Of a stretch of DNA of 64,000 bases, positions 11,942 through 25,264 are shown piece by piece. Source of the DNA: the human T2T-CHM13v2.0 reference genome, Homo sapiens. The stretch is taken from the NCBI RefSeq assembly GCF_009914755.1, contig NC_060925.1; one strand, written 5' to 3'. The position numbers and the translations under genes are program-made. Below the pieces are notes generated by a model, which saw nothing but the letters and a program-made list of their open reading frames with translations, was not told the DNA's origin and ran no database searches. The first letter of the stretch is position 1, and every line of letters begins with the position of its first letter.

Positions 11942-14900
11942 TTCTTTTAATTTAAATTTTTTACTTTTTGTTGGTACATAGTAGGTATATATATTTACGG
12001 GGTACATGATATATTTTGATACAGGCATACAATTAGTAATAATCACATCAAGGTAAATGGGGTATCCATCACCTTAAGCATTTATCTTTTGTTTTTCAAA
12101 CAATTCAATTATACTTTTTAAGTTATTTTTAAATGTACAATTAAATTATTATTAACTATAGTCACCCTGTTGTGCTACCAATACTAGATCTACTCATTGT
12201 TTCTAACTATATTTTATACTCATTAACCATCCCCACTCTATCCTCCCACCCACCAACTATCCTTCCAGCCTCTGGTAACCATCCTTCTACTCTCTATCTC
12301 CATGAGTTCAATTGTTTTAATTTTTAGCTCCCCAAAATAAGTGAGAACAAACAAAGTTTGTCATTCGGTGCCTGGCTTATTTCACCTAACATTATGATCT
12401 CAAGTTCTATCCATGTTGTTGCAAATGACAGAATCTCATTCTTTTTATGGTTGAATGGTACTCCATTGTGTATATGGACCACATTTTCTTTACCCATTCA
12501 TCTGTTGATGGACACTTAGGTTGCTTCCAGATCTTGGCTATTGTGAACAGTGGTGCAATAAACATGGGATATGTTTGTTTCAGATATGTCTTCGATATAC
12601 TGATTTCCATTCTTTGGGTATATCCAATAGTGTGATTGCTGGATCATATGGTAGCTCTATTTTTAGTTTTTTGAGGAACCTCCAAACTGTTCTCCATAGT
12701 GGTTGTAGTAATTTACATTCCCACCAACAGTGTTTGAGGATTCTCTGTTCTCCACATCCTTGCCAGCATTTGTTATTGCCTATCTTTTGGATATAAGCCA
12801 TTCTAGCGGGGGTGAGATGATATCTCATTGTAGTTTTGGTTTGCATTTCTCTAATAATCAATGATGTTGAGAACCTTTTCATATGCCTCTTGGCCATCTG
12901 TACATCTTCTTTTGAGAAATGTCTAGTCAAATCTTTTGCTTATTTTTAAATTGGATTATTTAGATTTTTTTTTCCTATAGAGTTGTTTGAGCTCCTTATA
13001 AATTCTGGTTATGAATGCCTGGTCAGATGAATGGTTTGCAAATATTTTTCTCCCATTTTATGGGTTGTCTCTTCACTTTTTGATTGTTTCCTTTGCTGTG
13101 CAGAAGGTTTTTAACTTAATGTGATCCCATCTGTCCAGTTTTGCTTTGGTTGCTTGTGCTTGCGGGGTACTGATCAATAAATTTTTGCAAAGACCAATGT
13201 CCTGGAGAGGTTCCCCAATATTTTCTTGTAGTAGTTTCATAGTTTGGGGTCTTAGATATAAGTCTGTAACCCACTTAAATTTGATTTTTTTGTATATGGT
13301 GAGAGATAGGAGTCTAGTTTCATTCTTCTGCATATGATATGCAGTTTTCCTAGCATCACTTATTGCTGTCTGCTTGTTTTGTGGTCTTTTTTTCCTTCTT
13401 GTTTTCTCTTTAGTGAAGGTGATTTTCTCTGGTGATTTCTTGTTTTCTTTTTGTGTATCCGTTGCACATTTTTGAATTTGAGGTTACCATGAGGTTTGTA
13501 AATAATATCTCATAACCCATTATTTTAAACTGATGACCAGTGTAACACTGATTGCATAAACAAACTAACACACAAGCAAAGGGACAACTAATGAAAATTC
13601 TACACTTTAACTTCATCTCCCACTTTTTTGTTTCTATTTATATCTTATTATATATGTCTTGAAAAGTTGTAGTTATTATTTTTGATTGGTTCATGATTTA
13701 GTCTTTGTACTTAAGATATGAGTAGTTTACACACCACAATTACAATGTTATAATATCCTATGTTTTTATGTGTACTTACTGTTACCAATGAGTTTTGTAC
13801 CTTCAGATGATTTCTTATTGTTTATTAACATCATTTTCTTTCTAAATAAAGAACTCCCTTTAACATTTCTTGTGGGACAGGTCTGGTGTTGATGAAATCC
13901 TTCAGCTTTTGTTTGTCTGGGAAAGTATTTCTACTTCACGTTTGAAGAATATTTTTGCTGAATGTACTACTATAGTGTACAATTTTTTTGTTTTTTTTGT
14001 GTGTTTTTCCTTCAGCACTTTAAATGTGCTATGACACCCTCTCCTGGTCTGTGAGGTTTCCACTGAAAAGTCGGCTGCCAGATGTACTGGAGTTCCATTG
14101 TGTTTGTTTTATTTCTCTTGCTGCTTTTAGGATCCCTTTATTCTTGACTTTTGCAAGTTTGATCATTAAATGCCTTGAAGTAGTCTTCTTTTGGTTAAAT
14201 ATGCTAGGTGTTTTATAACCTACTTGTACTTGAATATTGATAGCTTTCTCAACATTTGGAAAGTTCTTTGTTATTATCCTTTTGAAATAAATGTTCTAAC
14301 CCTATTTTTCTACCTCCTCTTGAGGCTAGTAAGTCTTAGAATTGCCCCCTTTTGAGGATACTTCCCTAGTCTTGTAGGTGTGCTATATTATTTTTTATTC
14401 TTTTTCTCTCTTTTGTCTCTTCTGACTGTGTATTTTCAAATAGCCTTTCTTCAAGCTCACTAATTCTTTCTTCTGCTTGATCAATTCTGCTATTATGAGA
14501 CTCTGATGCATTCTTTAGTATGTTAATTGTATTTTTCAGCTCCAGAATTTCTGCTTAATTCTTTTCAATTATTTTAATCTTTTTGTTAATCTTGAATTTA
14601 TAGAATTCTTAATTCCTTGTCTGTGTTATCTTGAATTTTGTCAACTTTCCTCAAAATGGCAACTTTGAATTCCCTAAATTGTCACAAACCTCTGTCTCTC
14701 TGGGATTGGTCCCTGGTGTCTTATTTGGTTCATTTGGTGAGGTCATGTTTTCCTGGATGATCTTGATGCTTGTGGATGTTCCTTGCTGTCTGGGCATTTG
14801 AATCATTAGGGATTTATTGTAGTCTTCACAGTCTGGGTTAATTTGTATCTGTCCTTTTTGGGAAGGCTTTCAAAAGTATTCAAAGGGACTTAGTTGTTGT

Positions 14901-16811
14901 GATCTAACTTTTTAGTCCTTGTAGCCATATCTGCATTAAGGGGCACCCCAAAACCAGTAATTCTGTGGCTCTTGCAGACTCGTAGATGTACTGTCTTGGT
15001 GGTCTTGGAAAAGATCTGAAAGAATTATCTGGATTACCAGACGGAGACTCTTGTTCTCTTCCTTCCAATCAAATGGAGTCACTCTCTCTCTCTGTGCAGA
15101 GCTCCCTGGAGCAAATATCCCTGTGGCCACCACCACTGGGACTGTGCTGGGTCTGACCTGAAGCCAGTATAGCACTGCGTCTTGCCCAAGGTCCACTGTA
15201 ACTCCTACCTGGCTAGTGCCTATGTTTGCTGAGGGCCCTAGAACTCTACAATCAGCAGGCGGCAAGGCCAGCCAGGCCTGTGTCCTTCCCTTCAGGGCAG
15301 CAAGTTCCCCCTCAACCCTGGTTCCTCCCACAACCCTTGGTTCAAAACCAAGTCCTGGAGTTGGATATCTTAGAAATCTACTTGGTGCTCCATTCTACTG
15401 TGACTGAGCTTACACCCAAGCACAAGATGAAGTTCTTCCCATCCTTCCCTCCCCTTTCCATAAGCAGAGGCCTCTCTCCCTGTGGCTACCACCACAGGGC
15501 CCATGAGGAGTACTGCCAGACTACCACTTATGTTCACCCCAAACCCAAGGGCTCTTCAGTCAGCTTGTAGTGAATCTGGCCAGGCCTGAAACTCACCCTT
15601 CAGGGAAGTGAGCTCCTCTCTGGCCCAGGGCAGGTCTAGAAATGCCAACCTAGAGCCATGGCCTGGAATTCGGGACTACAAGCTCCTGCTTGGTTCTCTA
15701 CCCTTATGTGGCCCAGCTGGTAACTAAGCTGCAAAACAAAGTCTCCTTTACTCTTCCCTCTGCTTTTCTCAAGCAGAAGGAGTCTCTCCCCATAGCCACC
15801 ATAGATGGGAATGTCCTGGGTCAAACCTGAAGCTCGCATGTCTCAGGGTCTCAGCCAAGGCCTACAACATGTATGACCTGACTATCACTGCTGATTATTC
15901 AGGGCCACGGGCTCTTTAGTCAGCAGGTGATGAATCCTGCCAGGACTGGGTCCTTTTCTTCAAAGTAGCAGATTCCCTTCTGGCTCAAGTTATGACTAGA
16001 AATGTCATCTGGGCACTAAAGCCTGGAATGGGTACCTCAGGACTCTGCCTGACACCCTATCCTACTGTGACTGAGGTGGTATCCAAGTTGCAAGACAAAG
16101 TCTTCTGAACTCTTCTCTCTTCTCCAGAAAGAAAGGGGTCTGTGTTGGAGCTGTGAGATGTGCTGAAGGGGTCTGTGTTGGAGCTGAGCTGTGAGCTGTG
16201 AGCTGTGGGGAAGGGATGGCACAAGCACTCCCCTGGCTGTCCTGGCTGATGCCCCTCAAGTTCACTGGCCCTGACCCCGGAACAGCACTAGGACTTGCCT
16301 AGGAGTAACAGTCCTTGTGATCCAGACCGCCTTTGAAGTTTATTTAATACCCCAAAGCACTTTAACTCATGGTGGAGAGGCTTGATGGAACTCAATTATG
16401 ACTAATGGAATTGATGATTCCTCTCTGGTTTGGGCTGGTCTGGCCTAAATGCTCCCTCCATGAGTATTGGCTGAGTTTAGCCTGTTGTTTCTTTCCACTA
16501 TGACACAGCAGCACTGAGTTCCAATACAAAGTCCCACAATCACTGCACTCTCCCTCCCTGAAGCACAAAGATTTCACATGATGCCAGGAGAAGGGGGAGG
16601 GGTGGCATCAGCAATTCAAGATGGTATTTCCTATTCTCTTCAGTTCCTCTATCAGTGATATGAAGTAAAAACCAGGTACTGTGATTGCTCACCTAATTTT
16701 TGGTTCTTAGAAAGGTGCTTTTTTTGTGTAGATAGCTGTTAAATTTGGTGTTCCTGAAGGGAGGATGATCAGTGGAGGCTTCTATTTGCCATCTTGAGCT
16801 TCCTCCCTCTA
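11942..16811 (-). mobile_element. L1MA2/3-like element with both termini but most of ORF2 deleted
   Basis: L1MA-type 3' end at ~11950, ORF2 C-terminal peptides (ORFs 12580..12930 and 13073..13333), junction at ~13365 to the inter-ORF region, decayed ORF1, long 5'UTR ending GCCATCTTG. TSD AGAGCCTTCATTCTT (11927-11941) vs AGACCCTTCAGTCTT (16812-16826), 13/15 identical. Confidence 0.9.
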
Positions 16812-16899
16812 AGACCCTTCAGTCTTGATTCTAATTCACCTCTCCACTCTTCATTTTCTACTTCTTTCCCACCTGTATTCCAGCCACAGTGTACATTAA

Positions 16900-17130
16900 C
16901 TCATAGTTTCTGGAATGTCCCACGTAATTTCACACCTCTATACCTGTGCCTGTGCCATTCCCACTCCCTAATTGACATTTCTTTCTTTTATTCTCTGTAA
17001 GATTCCTAGTCATCCTTCAAAGCCTAGTTCAAATGTTGCTTCCTCTTTTAAAACTTCCTGGATGTTTCAAGGCAGAACTACTTCCTCCCTGTACTATGCT
17101 TATAGCATTTTCTATATGTATCTGTTATAA
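16900..17130 (+). mobile_element. L2 remnant
   Basis: TCATCCTTCAAAGCCTAGTTCAAATGTTGCTTCCTCT. Confidence 0.6.
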
Positions 17131-17779
17131 CACTACATTATACCATAGGTATATGCTATGACTATATATATTAATATATACATATGCACAGGCAGGTTAT
17201 CTTGTTTGGAGGTGTTATCCCCATTTAAAATGTTCAGGTATATGTAAAGCAAACACCTTATTCATGCAGCTATTTTTGCAGACCTACATTTGGCCAAGTA
17301 GTGGGTACCCAGAATAATATTACTGCCCCAAGAAACTGCATGTATTTCCCAAGTTCAAATACTGAAGTCATAAACATTTATTTATACCAGAAACAGTAGT
17401 ATATATGAGGATATATGGCTTACTTATGATGTTGAAATACTTTTTATGAACTCATAAATCAAATTCTATTTATAGCATATGGTTTATATATATATTCATT
17501 GATATTAATAGACAATAATGTATTTAATACAAAAGCTCTCAGTAGATTAGTTCTGTAGTATATATTTCCTATGCATAATTAGATCAGGTACAGATACATA
17601 ATTCCAAAATTCATGTAATCCATATTCTGTAGCATCATCCAGGGAAAAATCCCATGAAAATAAGAGGATTATCTTGATAAAAGAAGTTGAAAGAAAATAC
17701 AAAATTTCAAACACAATTTGAGCCAAAAAAGACAAATCACGAAATTTGTTTATTTGGCTGCTTCCTTGGCTGTCTATTT

Positions 17780-18105
17780 AAAGCTAAATTTCAAAGTCCT
17801 GAGCCTACTACATAAACTGGTGGCTGTGTACCTCTCTTCATTCCTCCAGCCCTGATGGACCATGTGACATACAGTCCTACTCTCCCTCCATATGTGATCT
17901 TCCCCTACTCTTCACCTGGCTAAAACCAACCTATCCTGCAAATTTCAGTTTCAGTTTATCTGATGTGCCCAGCTTGGTTAGGTACCTGTTTTGGCCTATC
18001 ACAACCTCTGGGCTTCCCTCTGTCACAGCACAAATTATACTGTGTGGTCACCATTCACATTTCAGTCTCTCTTATTATACTAAAGCCTTGAGAGCAGGGA
18101 TCTAA
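17780..18105 (+). mobile_element. L2 remnant
   Basis: CTTCACCTGGCTAA...TATACTAAAGCCTTGAGAGCAGGGA. Confidence 0.55.
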
Positions 18106-19532
18106 TAGGTCAGTCTACAGATATTTATTGAATGTTTACTAAGTGCTGGGCATTATTCTAGGTGCTGGGAATATAGCAATAAACAAAACAAATGCCTTGC
18201 CCCAAAGGAGTTTTCATTATAGCAGGAGAAGATTGTCTTAAATTAGTAAACAAAAATTAAATGAAATAAGTTCAGCTACTAATACGTTATGAAGAAAATT
18301 AAATGGCATAATTTGGTAATGACTGGGGTAGTGTGGTATATTTCAACTAGAATGATCAGGAAAATATTCTCTGAGGAGGAGACCCAAAAAATGAAAACTT
18401 TCCTATGGGAAGAGTGCCAAGTGTTGGAGAGAGAAATGAGCTTGCCATCTTTGGGTGACAGAGAGAAGGTCATAATAGCTAGACCATAGTCACTGAGTGG
18501 AAGGGGAAAAAGTAGAAGAAGTAGGCAGAAAACAAGCCCTGTAGTGCCTTATTGGCCATGATAAGAACCTTATTTGAATAGGAATGGAAGCCAAGAAAGG
18601 TTTTAAGCAGGGAGAGACATAATCTGGCTGTTGTGTGGAGAATGGATTCTAGGGGCAAGAAGTAGGGAGACCAGTCAAGGCTATTTCAGCAGTCCAAACA
18701 TATAATAGTGACCTGGATTAGGGTTATGGCAGAGGATATGGAGGAAAGTGAGTGGGTTGGGGACATATATTAGAGATAGAGTGGCAAGACTCACTAATGG
18801 ACTGGATGTAAGATGTGAGGGAAAGAAAAAAAAATAATGATAGCCCTCAGGTTTTTACCCAAATTCATTTGCTGTGATGAAAAATACCTGAGTTTTTGTT
18901 TTGAATATATTCATTTTGACTTGCCTATTTGACATCTGGATTGAGATACTATGCAGACAGTTTGATTATACTAATCTAGAGTTCAGGAGAAGTTAAGGTT
19001 GAAAATGTAGATATGGAACTCATTAGCATATAGTTGACATTTAAAGCTATAGGAACAGATTGAATTATGTGGAAAATGAGTATAGCTGGGGAAGAGCAAA
19101 GAAAAGAAGAAAGCATAGTGGCTAGAGTACTTTAACATTTAATGTATGGGAGCGAAGAATACATCAAACGATCCTGAGAAAAAGTGGCCACTGTGGAGAA
19201 GAAAGAGGACTAAGGGAGTGTGGTATCTTGAAAGCCTAAAGAAGAAAGTATTTCAGGAAGTAGGTTGTCAGTTAACTGTGTGAAGTGCTGCTATGAGATC
19301 CAATAACATGAAAACAGGGAAATGACCATTAGAATTGGCAGGATGATGGTCTAAGATGATCTTGATAAAGGGTGTTTCAGAAGAATGTTGTGAATTAAAG
19401 TTAAGAGTGGAAAGAGAAGAGTGATGCATGGTGAGAATGTGGAAAGGATGAGTATAGATAATTCATTAGAAAAATTTTGGTATGAAGTAGAGAAATGATT
19501 TATAGCCAGAGGAAAATGTGGGGCCAAGGAAT

Positions 19533-19585
19533 TTCCTTCCTTCCTCCCTTCCTTCCTTCCTTCCTTCCTTCCTTCCTTCCTTCCT
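19533..19585. repeat. (TTCC)n tetranucleotide repeat
   Basis: About 13 units with one interruption. Confidence 0.95.
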
Positions 19586-19640
19586 GTCTACTTATCTATA
19601 TAAAGATATAAAATATTATTGCTAATTTGTTTGCATATAG

Positions 19641-19958
<318 letters not shown>

Positions 19959-20349
19959 TGATAAATTTAAGATGTAGAAGAGATAGGGATAATTTTAGTA
20001 AGATCAAATGGGGTCTAAAATACAGGCAGTTGGACTTAGAGAGGAATAAGGACATGTTCCATTCTAACAAAAGGAAAGGCAGGGTGTGTGGGTAAGCATA
20101 CAAGTAGGTTGATGAATTTTCAGGTAGTTGTTATCATATGGCTTCTTTTTTCTCTTTTAAGAATGAGATAAAGTCACTAGCTAAGATGACCCATTTGATT
20201 CCATATTCTTAATGTTTAGAAAAACACGCAGCATACAATAGGCACTCTGGAAACGTTTGCTGAGTGATCCAATTATCAAACAAAATTGCACATGATCTGG
20301 CCTCATGAACTGAATCTTCTTAACTCAAGAGGAAGAGCTCTATAAATAC

Positions 20350-20550
20350 AAAGTCTTAGACTGAAATCCTGGGTCTGTCAGTTACCAGTTGTAAGACTCT
20401 CACTAAAGTACTTAAGCTTTCTGAGTCTAAAATTTCTTACCCATAATATGAGGATGAAATGCCTACTTCATAGGAATATTATAAAAAATCAACCAGACAC
20501 TATATATAAGCACTTGTCATAGAGCTTGGCACATAAGTGCTTGATAAATG
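20350..20550 (+). mobile_element. MIR
   Basis: AAATCCTGGGTCTGTCAGTTACCAG...CTACTTCATAGG...AAGCACTT...TAAATG. Confidence 0.75.
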
Positions 20551-21127
20551 GATATTGCCACCAGTGGTGTATATTGTCATCATTACTGCTACTTCTACTA
20601 ATATTGGTCACCATCAAACTCTTCCATTTGTTTCCTCAAATAGATTGCAAATGCCTATAAAGTAAAAGAATCTGTCTTATAAGCCTTTCACAGTAAGTTT
20701 CTTTTTAAGATGATGGTGAATACAACTTCTTTGGGTATTCCAAAAACAGAAAGAACCCTTTAGGTTGGGTAGTCAGAGAAAGATTGAATCCACTAGTTTG
20801 AAGACTGAAGCCAAACTATTTCATCTTTATTGGCATTTTAAAAAATGCAATTTCATCGATTATCCCTTTCTGCCTTCAAAAGAGTTCATGGGATGAACAT
20901 TTTCCTCCTGATTTAATAAACAAATAAAGACTTAAGAAAAGTGAAATGATTTAAGGGCTCAGTTTATAAATGTGGAGCTGGGGTGTCTGCATCCAAATGC
21001 TCTGTGCTCTCTACTACATTCATTTTTTGAAACATGCCACAAAAAGAGCCAAATGAAAGATATTGAAACTGGCAATAGAAGTGTGAGGCCCCTCTGAGCT
21101 ATAGCCTGCCCATCTGATATCATACGG

Positions 21128-21566
21128 TATGGTGGAGACTGGTGAATGACCCCTAAATTTCTTCTCCTCCTTTTCTGGGCATGTCTAAACCACATTTCCT
21201 ATGAACATTCTCACTGCAATAAATACCAGGCATGTCACCAACTTCTGACCAGTGGGATGTAAATGAAGGTGAAGTGCACCATTTCAGGCCTAAGCTTTAA
21301 GGCAGTGGGCTTTCTTTGTGAACTCTCTCTTTCCTCTTTCAATCATCTAGAACCCAAGGGGGCCTAAATTTGTGCAGATGACAAAAATGCCCTAGGTGAA
21401 GGTGGAACAGGGTACTGAAAGGAATGTGGATTCCTATATAACTGTGGGGAGTAGAGCTGGCTGCCAGTGTAGACTGCTCAATTCAGAACCATTTGTGAAA
21501 GAGAAATGAACGTCATTGTTCTTTAAGTCACAGTACTGTTGGGTTTCCTTGACTATTATTAACACA
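21128..21566 (+). mobile_element. MaLR solo LTR (MLT1I/J-like)
   Basis: ACCACATTTCC...CTTCTGACCAGTGGGATGTAA...TGTGAAAGAGAAAT...TTTAAGTCAC...TAACACA. Confidence 0.65.
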
Positions 21567-21799
21567 TAGGGAAACATACTTGAGAAGACAGCTGAAGGAG
21601 AGGAAGCTTAGGAGAATATGGCAGCTGCTTGAAGATCTCTCCATAGTTCCCTTGAGGCAGAAGGGGCAGATAAGTCCCACATGTACCCAGAAGCAGAACC
21701 AGAACAGATGCACAAGTAGGACCCAGAGACAGAGTTTACTTCCATAAAAGGAGGAACTTCCTTTTGGAGTTGTTTTACTGTATGAGAGATGTCTTTCAA

Positions 21800-21940
21800 G
21801 GTAATGAGTTCCTTGTCAGTTCAGGTATGGCAGCAGGGACTGGATGATCTGATAAAAGTGCTACAGTCAGGGCTCAAGCTTTCTTTGTAGGGTTGAACTA
21901 TATGACCCTTAAGGTCCCTTCCATCCCTGAGAGTCTAGAC
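21800..21940 (+). mobile_element. L3/CR1 3' end
   Basis: GGTAATGAGTTCCTTGTCA...ATGACCCTTAAGGTCCCTTCCA. Confidence 0.65.
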
Positions 21941-22469
21941 TGCAGAAGAAAACAAATCTCATCCAATTAAGAACATCAGAAAAGTGAGTGATGACTCACT
22001 GATGAAGAAGATGGCTGTGCTTGGATTTCAATTGCCATAATAATCATCATCATCACAGAAGTTCTACTGGCTTTTTCTCCCTTTGATTAAAGTCCTCAGA
22101 AATACCTTCAGGCTCCCTTCCAAACAAATGGCCCATTATAGAAACTCAATTTTAATCTGATCTCCTCTCTCAGTAATTACATTATTCGTCAAGAGAACAG
22201 GACATTCACTTAATGAAGGGGATGCAGCTCAAAGGGTAAGCACTGCAAACATCCAGAAGTGAAAGGAATGCACTTGGCATGACGTGCCTCCACCAAAGCA
22301 CATTAGAAAAAGGCTGTGCAGCACGAGAAAAGTATCAGATTGGAAGGCAGAAAGCCTGGGTCCAATCTTTTCCTTGCTTGACTCACTTTCTCTCACTGGG
22401 TCTCTACAATTGGGTGGGAGTGCCACTCCCACCCAATCCATATTCCACAAAGAAGCCTGAAGGACTTCC

Positions 22470-23230
22470 AAAAAACCAAATATGATTAAGACTGTCTATG
22501 CTTTAAACCTTTCCCTGAATCTCCACTATTTTGGGATAAACCCTAATATGATCTACCAGCCCCCCTTAGACCCCATTATCTAGACCTGGAATGCCACCTT
22601 CCAGCATCAACAGAGTCCATTCTATTAAAGCCATACTTGGGTTCTTTCAGTTCCTAGAAATAGACTAGTTCTTTTCTCAGTCTTTGTAGATGGTGTTCTC
22701 TGTCAAGAACACTTCTCTTCTTGCTGTTTGTCTAGGTAACTTCTATTCATCCTTTGGATCTCAGCTTCTTTTCAATTTTATTACTATCCCTTACTATGTG
22801 CAAAATACTAAGTGCTTTCTAAATATTAGCTAGTTTTATCATCTTTAATGTGCTGCAAGTAGGTACTATTATTATTCCTATTTTATAGATGGGGACACTA
22901 AGACTCAGAGAAGTTACATGCGTCTCCCAAGGTCACAGGGCTAGTAAGTGGCAAAGCAAGTATTCCAACCCAGTCTGGTTTGAGTCCATGCTTTTAACCC
23001 CTATACTAAGTTGATCCATCACTTCCTCAGGGTGACCTTTATGATCAAGTGATCTCCCTTATGTATATGACTGCACATGTCACTCCATTGTTAATAAGTA
23101 TGTAATGCTATCTTCCCTGCTAGTCTGAGAGCTCTGGGAAGATGAGGATACAACCTTTCTTGTCCATTGCTATACCTCCAGCCTCCAGCATACCTTGTAA
23201 ATTCAGTAAATGGCTTTGGATTTGATTAAT
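22470..23230 (+). mobile_element. L2 remnant with a nested antisense MIR (~22785-23010)
   Basis: L2 motifs TCTAGGTAACTTCTATTCATCCTT and TCACTTCCTCAGG flank the MIR core ATTTTATAGATGGGGACACTAAGACTCAGAGAAGTTA...CCCAAGGTCACAG. Confidence 0.7.
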
Positions 23231-24264
23231 ACATATACAAATAGGAATCAGTTTTCTAATATGTAAAATTAGAAAAGTTGATCTTGGTCTACATTTTTTT
23301 ATATTGCTTTAAATAAGAAACAGTCCTAATCTGAGATGCTGGCCTTGATACATGTTGGAAAACTATCATAGTGAAGACCATTTCAACTATTTAAGCCTTA
23401 GCTGTTCCCACTGTAGAAGACTACTGGACTAGCTGCTCTTTAAAGACAACTCTAGAGTACCTGAAGTGTTTATAACCACTGCATATTATAGGATGTGAGC
23501 ATGGGAAATTTTGGTTATATTTGCCTTGTTTAGTGTTGCCTATTTCTGGCCGGATGTAAAATTCTTACTGAATACACCACTAAGAACAGAGCAATTATGA
23601 GGCTTGGAAGCACAATTGGTTTTTCAGGCTGGTGAGAAATTCAGGGAACTTAGGAGTAATAGAGGACAGGTATAGTGAAGTGAAGAGAATATACAACCCA
23701 AAGGCAAAAGCTCAGGGTTGAGTGCCGGGCTCTTTCAACCTACCAACTATATCATCTTTAATGAGTCAGTTGATTGATAAATTCAGATTCTAAGTGGGAC
23801 CAAATTAGTGTACTGCTTAGGGATATTACTTTCTCTTTAAACCATTATGCTTCATTTTTAGGAACTTGCAGGTCTGCTTTGTTTCGAGAAGCTTCTGTGG
23901 CCTCCAGTTTTCAGTCTTTTGTACTTTCTGCTTTTTAAAGAGTTCAAAGAGGAATTAAAGTGTTAAAGTTATAACATGACCCTTTAGATAATGGCTTCTT
24001 AAAGTGGCTAATATCATCTTGAAATCTTCAATTGACAAGCAGTTATTTAGCTCTAATTATATGCCAGAGTTCATAAAAAAACTTGGGCAAGTTCTTAACT
24101 TCTGTTTGTTGGTATTCTCGCCTATAAAATGGGAACATTCGAATGCAAGTTCAGGAAGTTATGAACACTCAGGGACTGGGCAGGAAGATTCTTGTCATTT
24201 CTTTGGTAGGAGGGTCCTCTCCATGAACACTTTTGCAGTGACCTGTGCTTCTCATCACTATGGG

Positions 24265-25030
24265 TAACATCACAAACTACACACCAGCCCTCCTTGACTC
24301 CAACCCTAATTCTCTTTCAGGTGGTTACCAAGTGGTGTCAGCTCTAAGTCCTGAATATCTCCTTAACATCTCAATTCTCACTGCCGTGGTGCTTCCTACA
24401 TGTCTAGCCAAGATTACTATGACAGTCTCCTCATTTGTCTTCCCATACCAGTCTCTCTGGCCACAGAGAAAGTTCTTAAATTTAAGTGTGACCATATCAC
24501 TTCCTTGTTTAAACACCGTCAGTAATGCTCCTTGTCCTTGGGATAAATTCAAACCTCTAGGGTATGATATATAACAATTAGAATAGGCTAGGATTAGAAA
24601 TTTGGCTTTACCAGTACCCTGCCATTGGAACCTGAGGCAAATTAGCTAACTCCCTTAACTCTCTGTTTCTTCATCTGTAAAGTAAGATAATCGTCTTTAC
24701 ACTATAGGGTTGTGGTAAATATTGCATTAAGTACTATGTTTAAGATACTTAGCCTAATGTCTAGGACATAGCTAGAGTGTAATAAGTGATATTTCTTTTT
24801 ACCACAAAGAAACTCAAATATTACGTATAATTGAGCAAGAAGACAGACATGGTAACAATCATGGAAAACACCAGCAAAAATAGATGTATAAGCAGCATTC
24901 TATGTAAGTTCAGAGGCAGAGGGTCATAAACACTGACTGAGAAATAACAGTAGCCTTCTCAGAGGAGGCAGTATTTGATCTAGATCTTGAATGGTCACCT
25001 AGGATGACTAACATGGGCAGAGTTTGTTGG
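24265..25030. mobile_element. Cluster of L2 (+, ~24265-24570), MIR (+, ~24590-24795) and L2 (-, ~24830-25030)
   Basis: L2 TGACCATATCACTTCCTTGTTTAAA; MIR TCTGTTTCTTCATCTGTAAA; antisense L2 GCCTTCTCAGAGGAGGCAGTATTTGA. Confidence 0.6.
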
Positions 25031-25255
25031 ACCCCTTTAATGGCTGGTTTTCTGTGCCCCTTTCTGTAGCCTTGCTCACTGGAAGTTGAAATAATTAGCA
25101 TGGAGGTTCTGTTCACCAGGCTGTGATGATGCACTTATTCTATCGTAAAACTAAGGGCTTATTTTCCAATATAATTGATCCCTTAACCTTCAGAGACTCA
25201 AACATTCTCTGTACCTTCAAAACAATAGAAAATTAAAAGAACAATTTCTCTTTAC

Positions 25256-25264
25256 CTTCTAAAT
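25256..25264 (-). other. Candidate 9-nt frame-preserving microexon ATTTAGAAG of an unidentified minus-strand host gene
   Basis: Minus strand reads ccTTAATgttctctcccttgctctcctatttttggtTGCcaAG|ATTTAGAAG|GTAAAG: branch-point-like TTAAT, CU-rich tract, 42-nt AG-free zone, UGC just before the AG, and a good donor. It lies in non-repeat sequence. Confidence 0.45.

Noticed and set aside
23861-23870. Plus-strand 10-nt microexon-like AG|GAACTTGCAG|GT
   Set aside because: Not a multiple of 3 and the donor (GTCTGC) is poor.
25188-25214. Second minus-strand exon directly downstream of the microexon
   Set aside because: The intervening intron would be only ~41 nt and the donor (GTTAAG) is weak.
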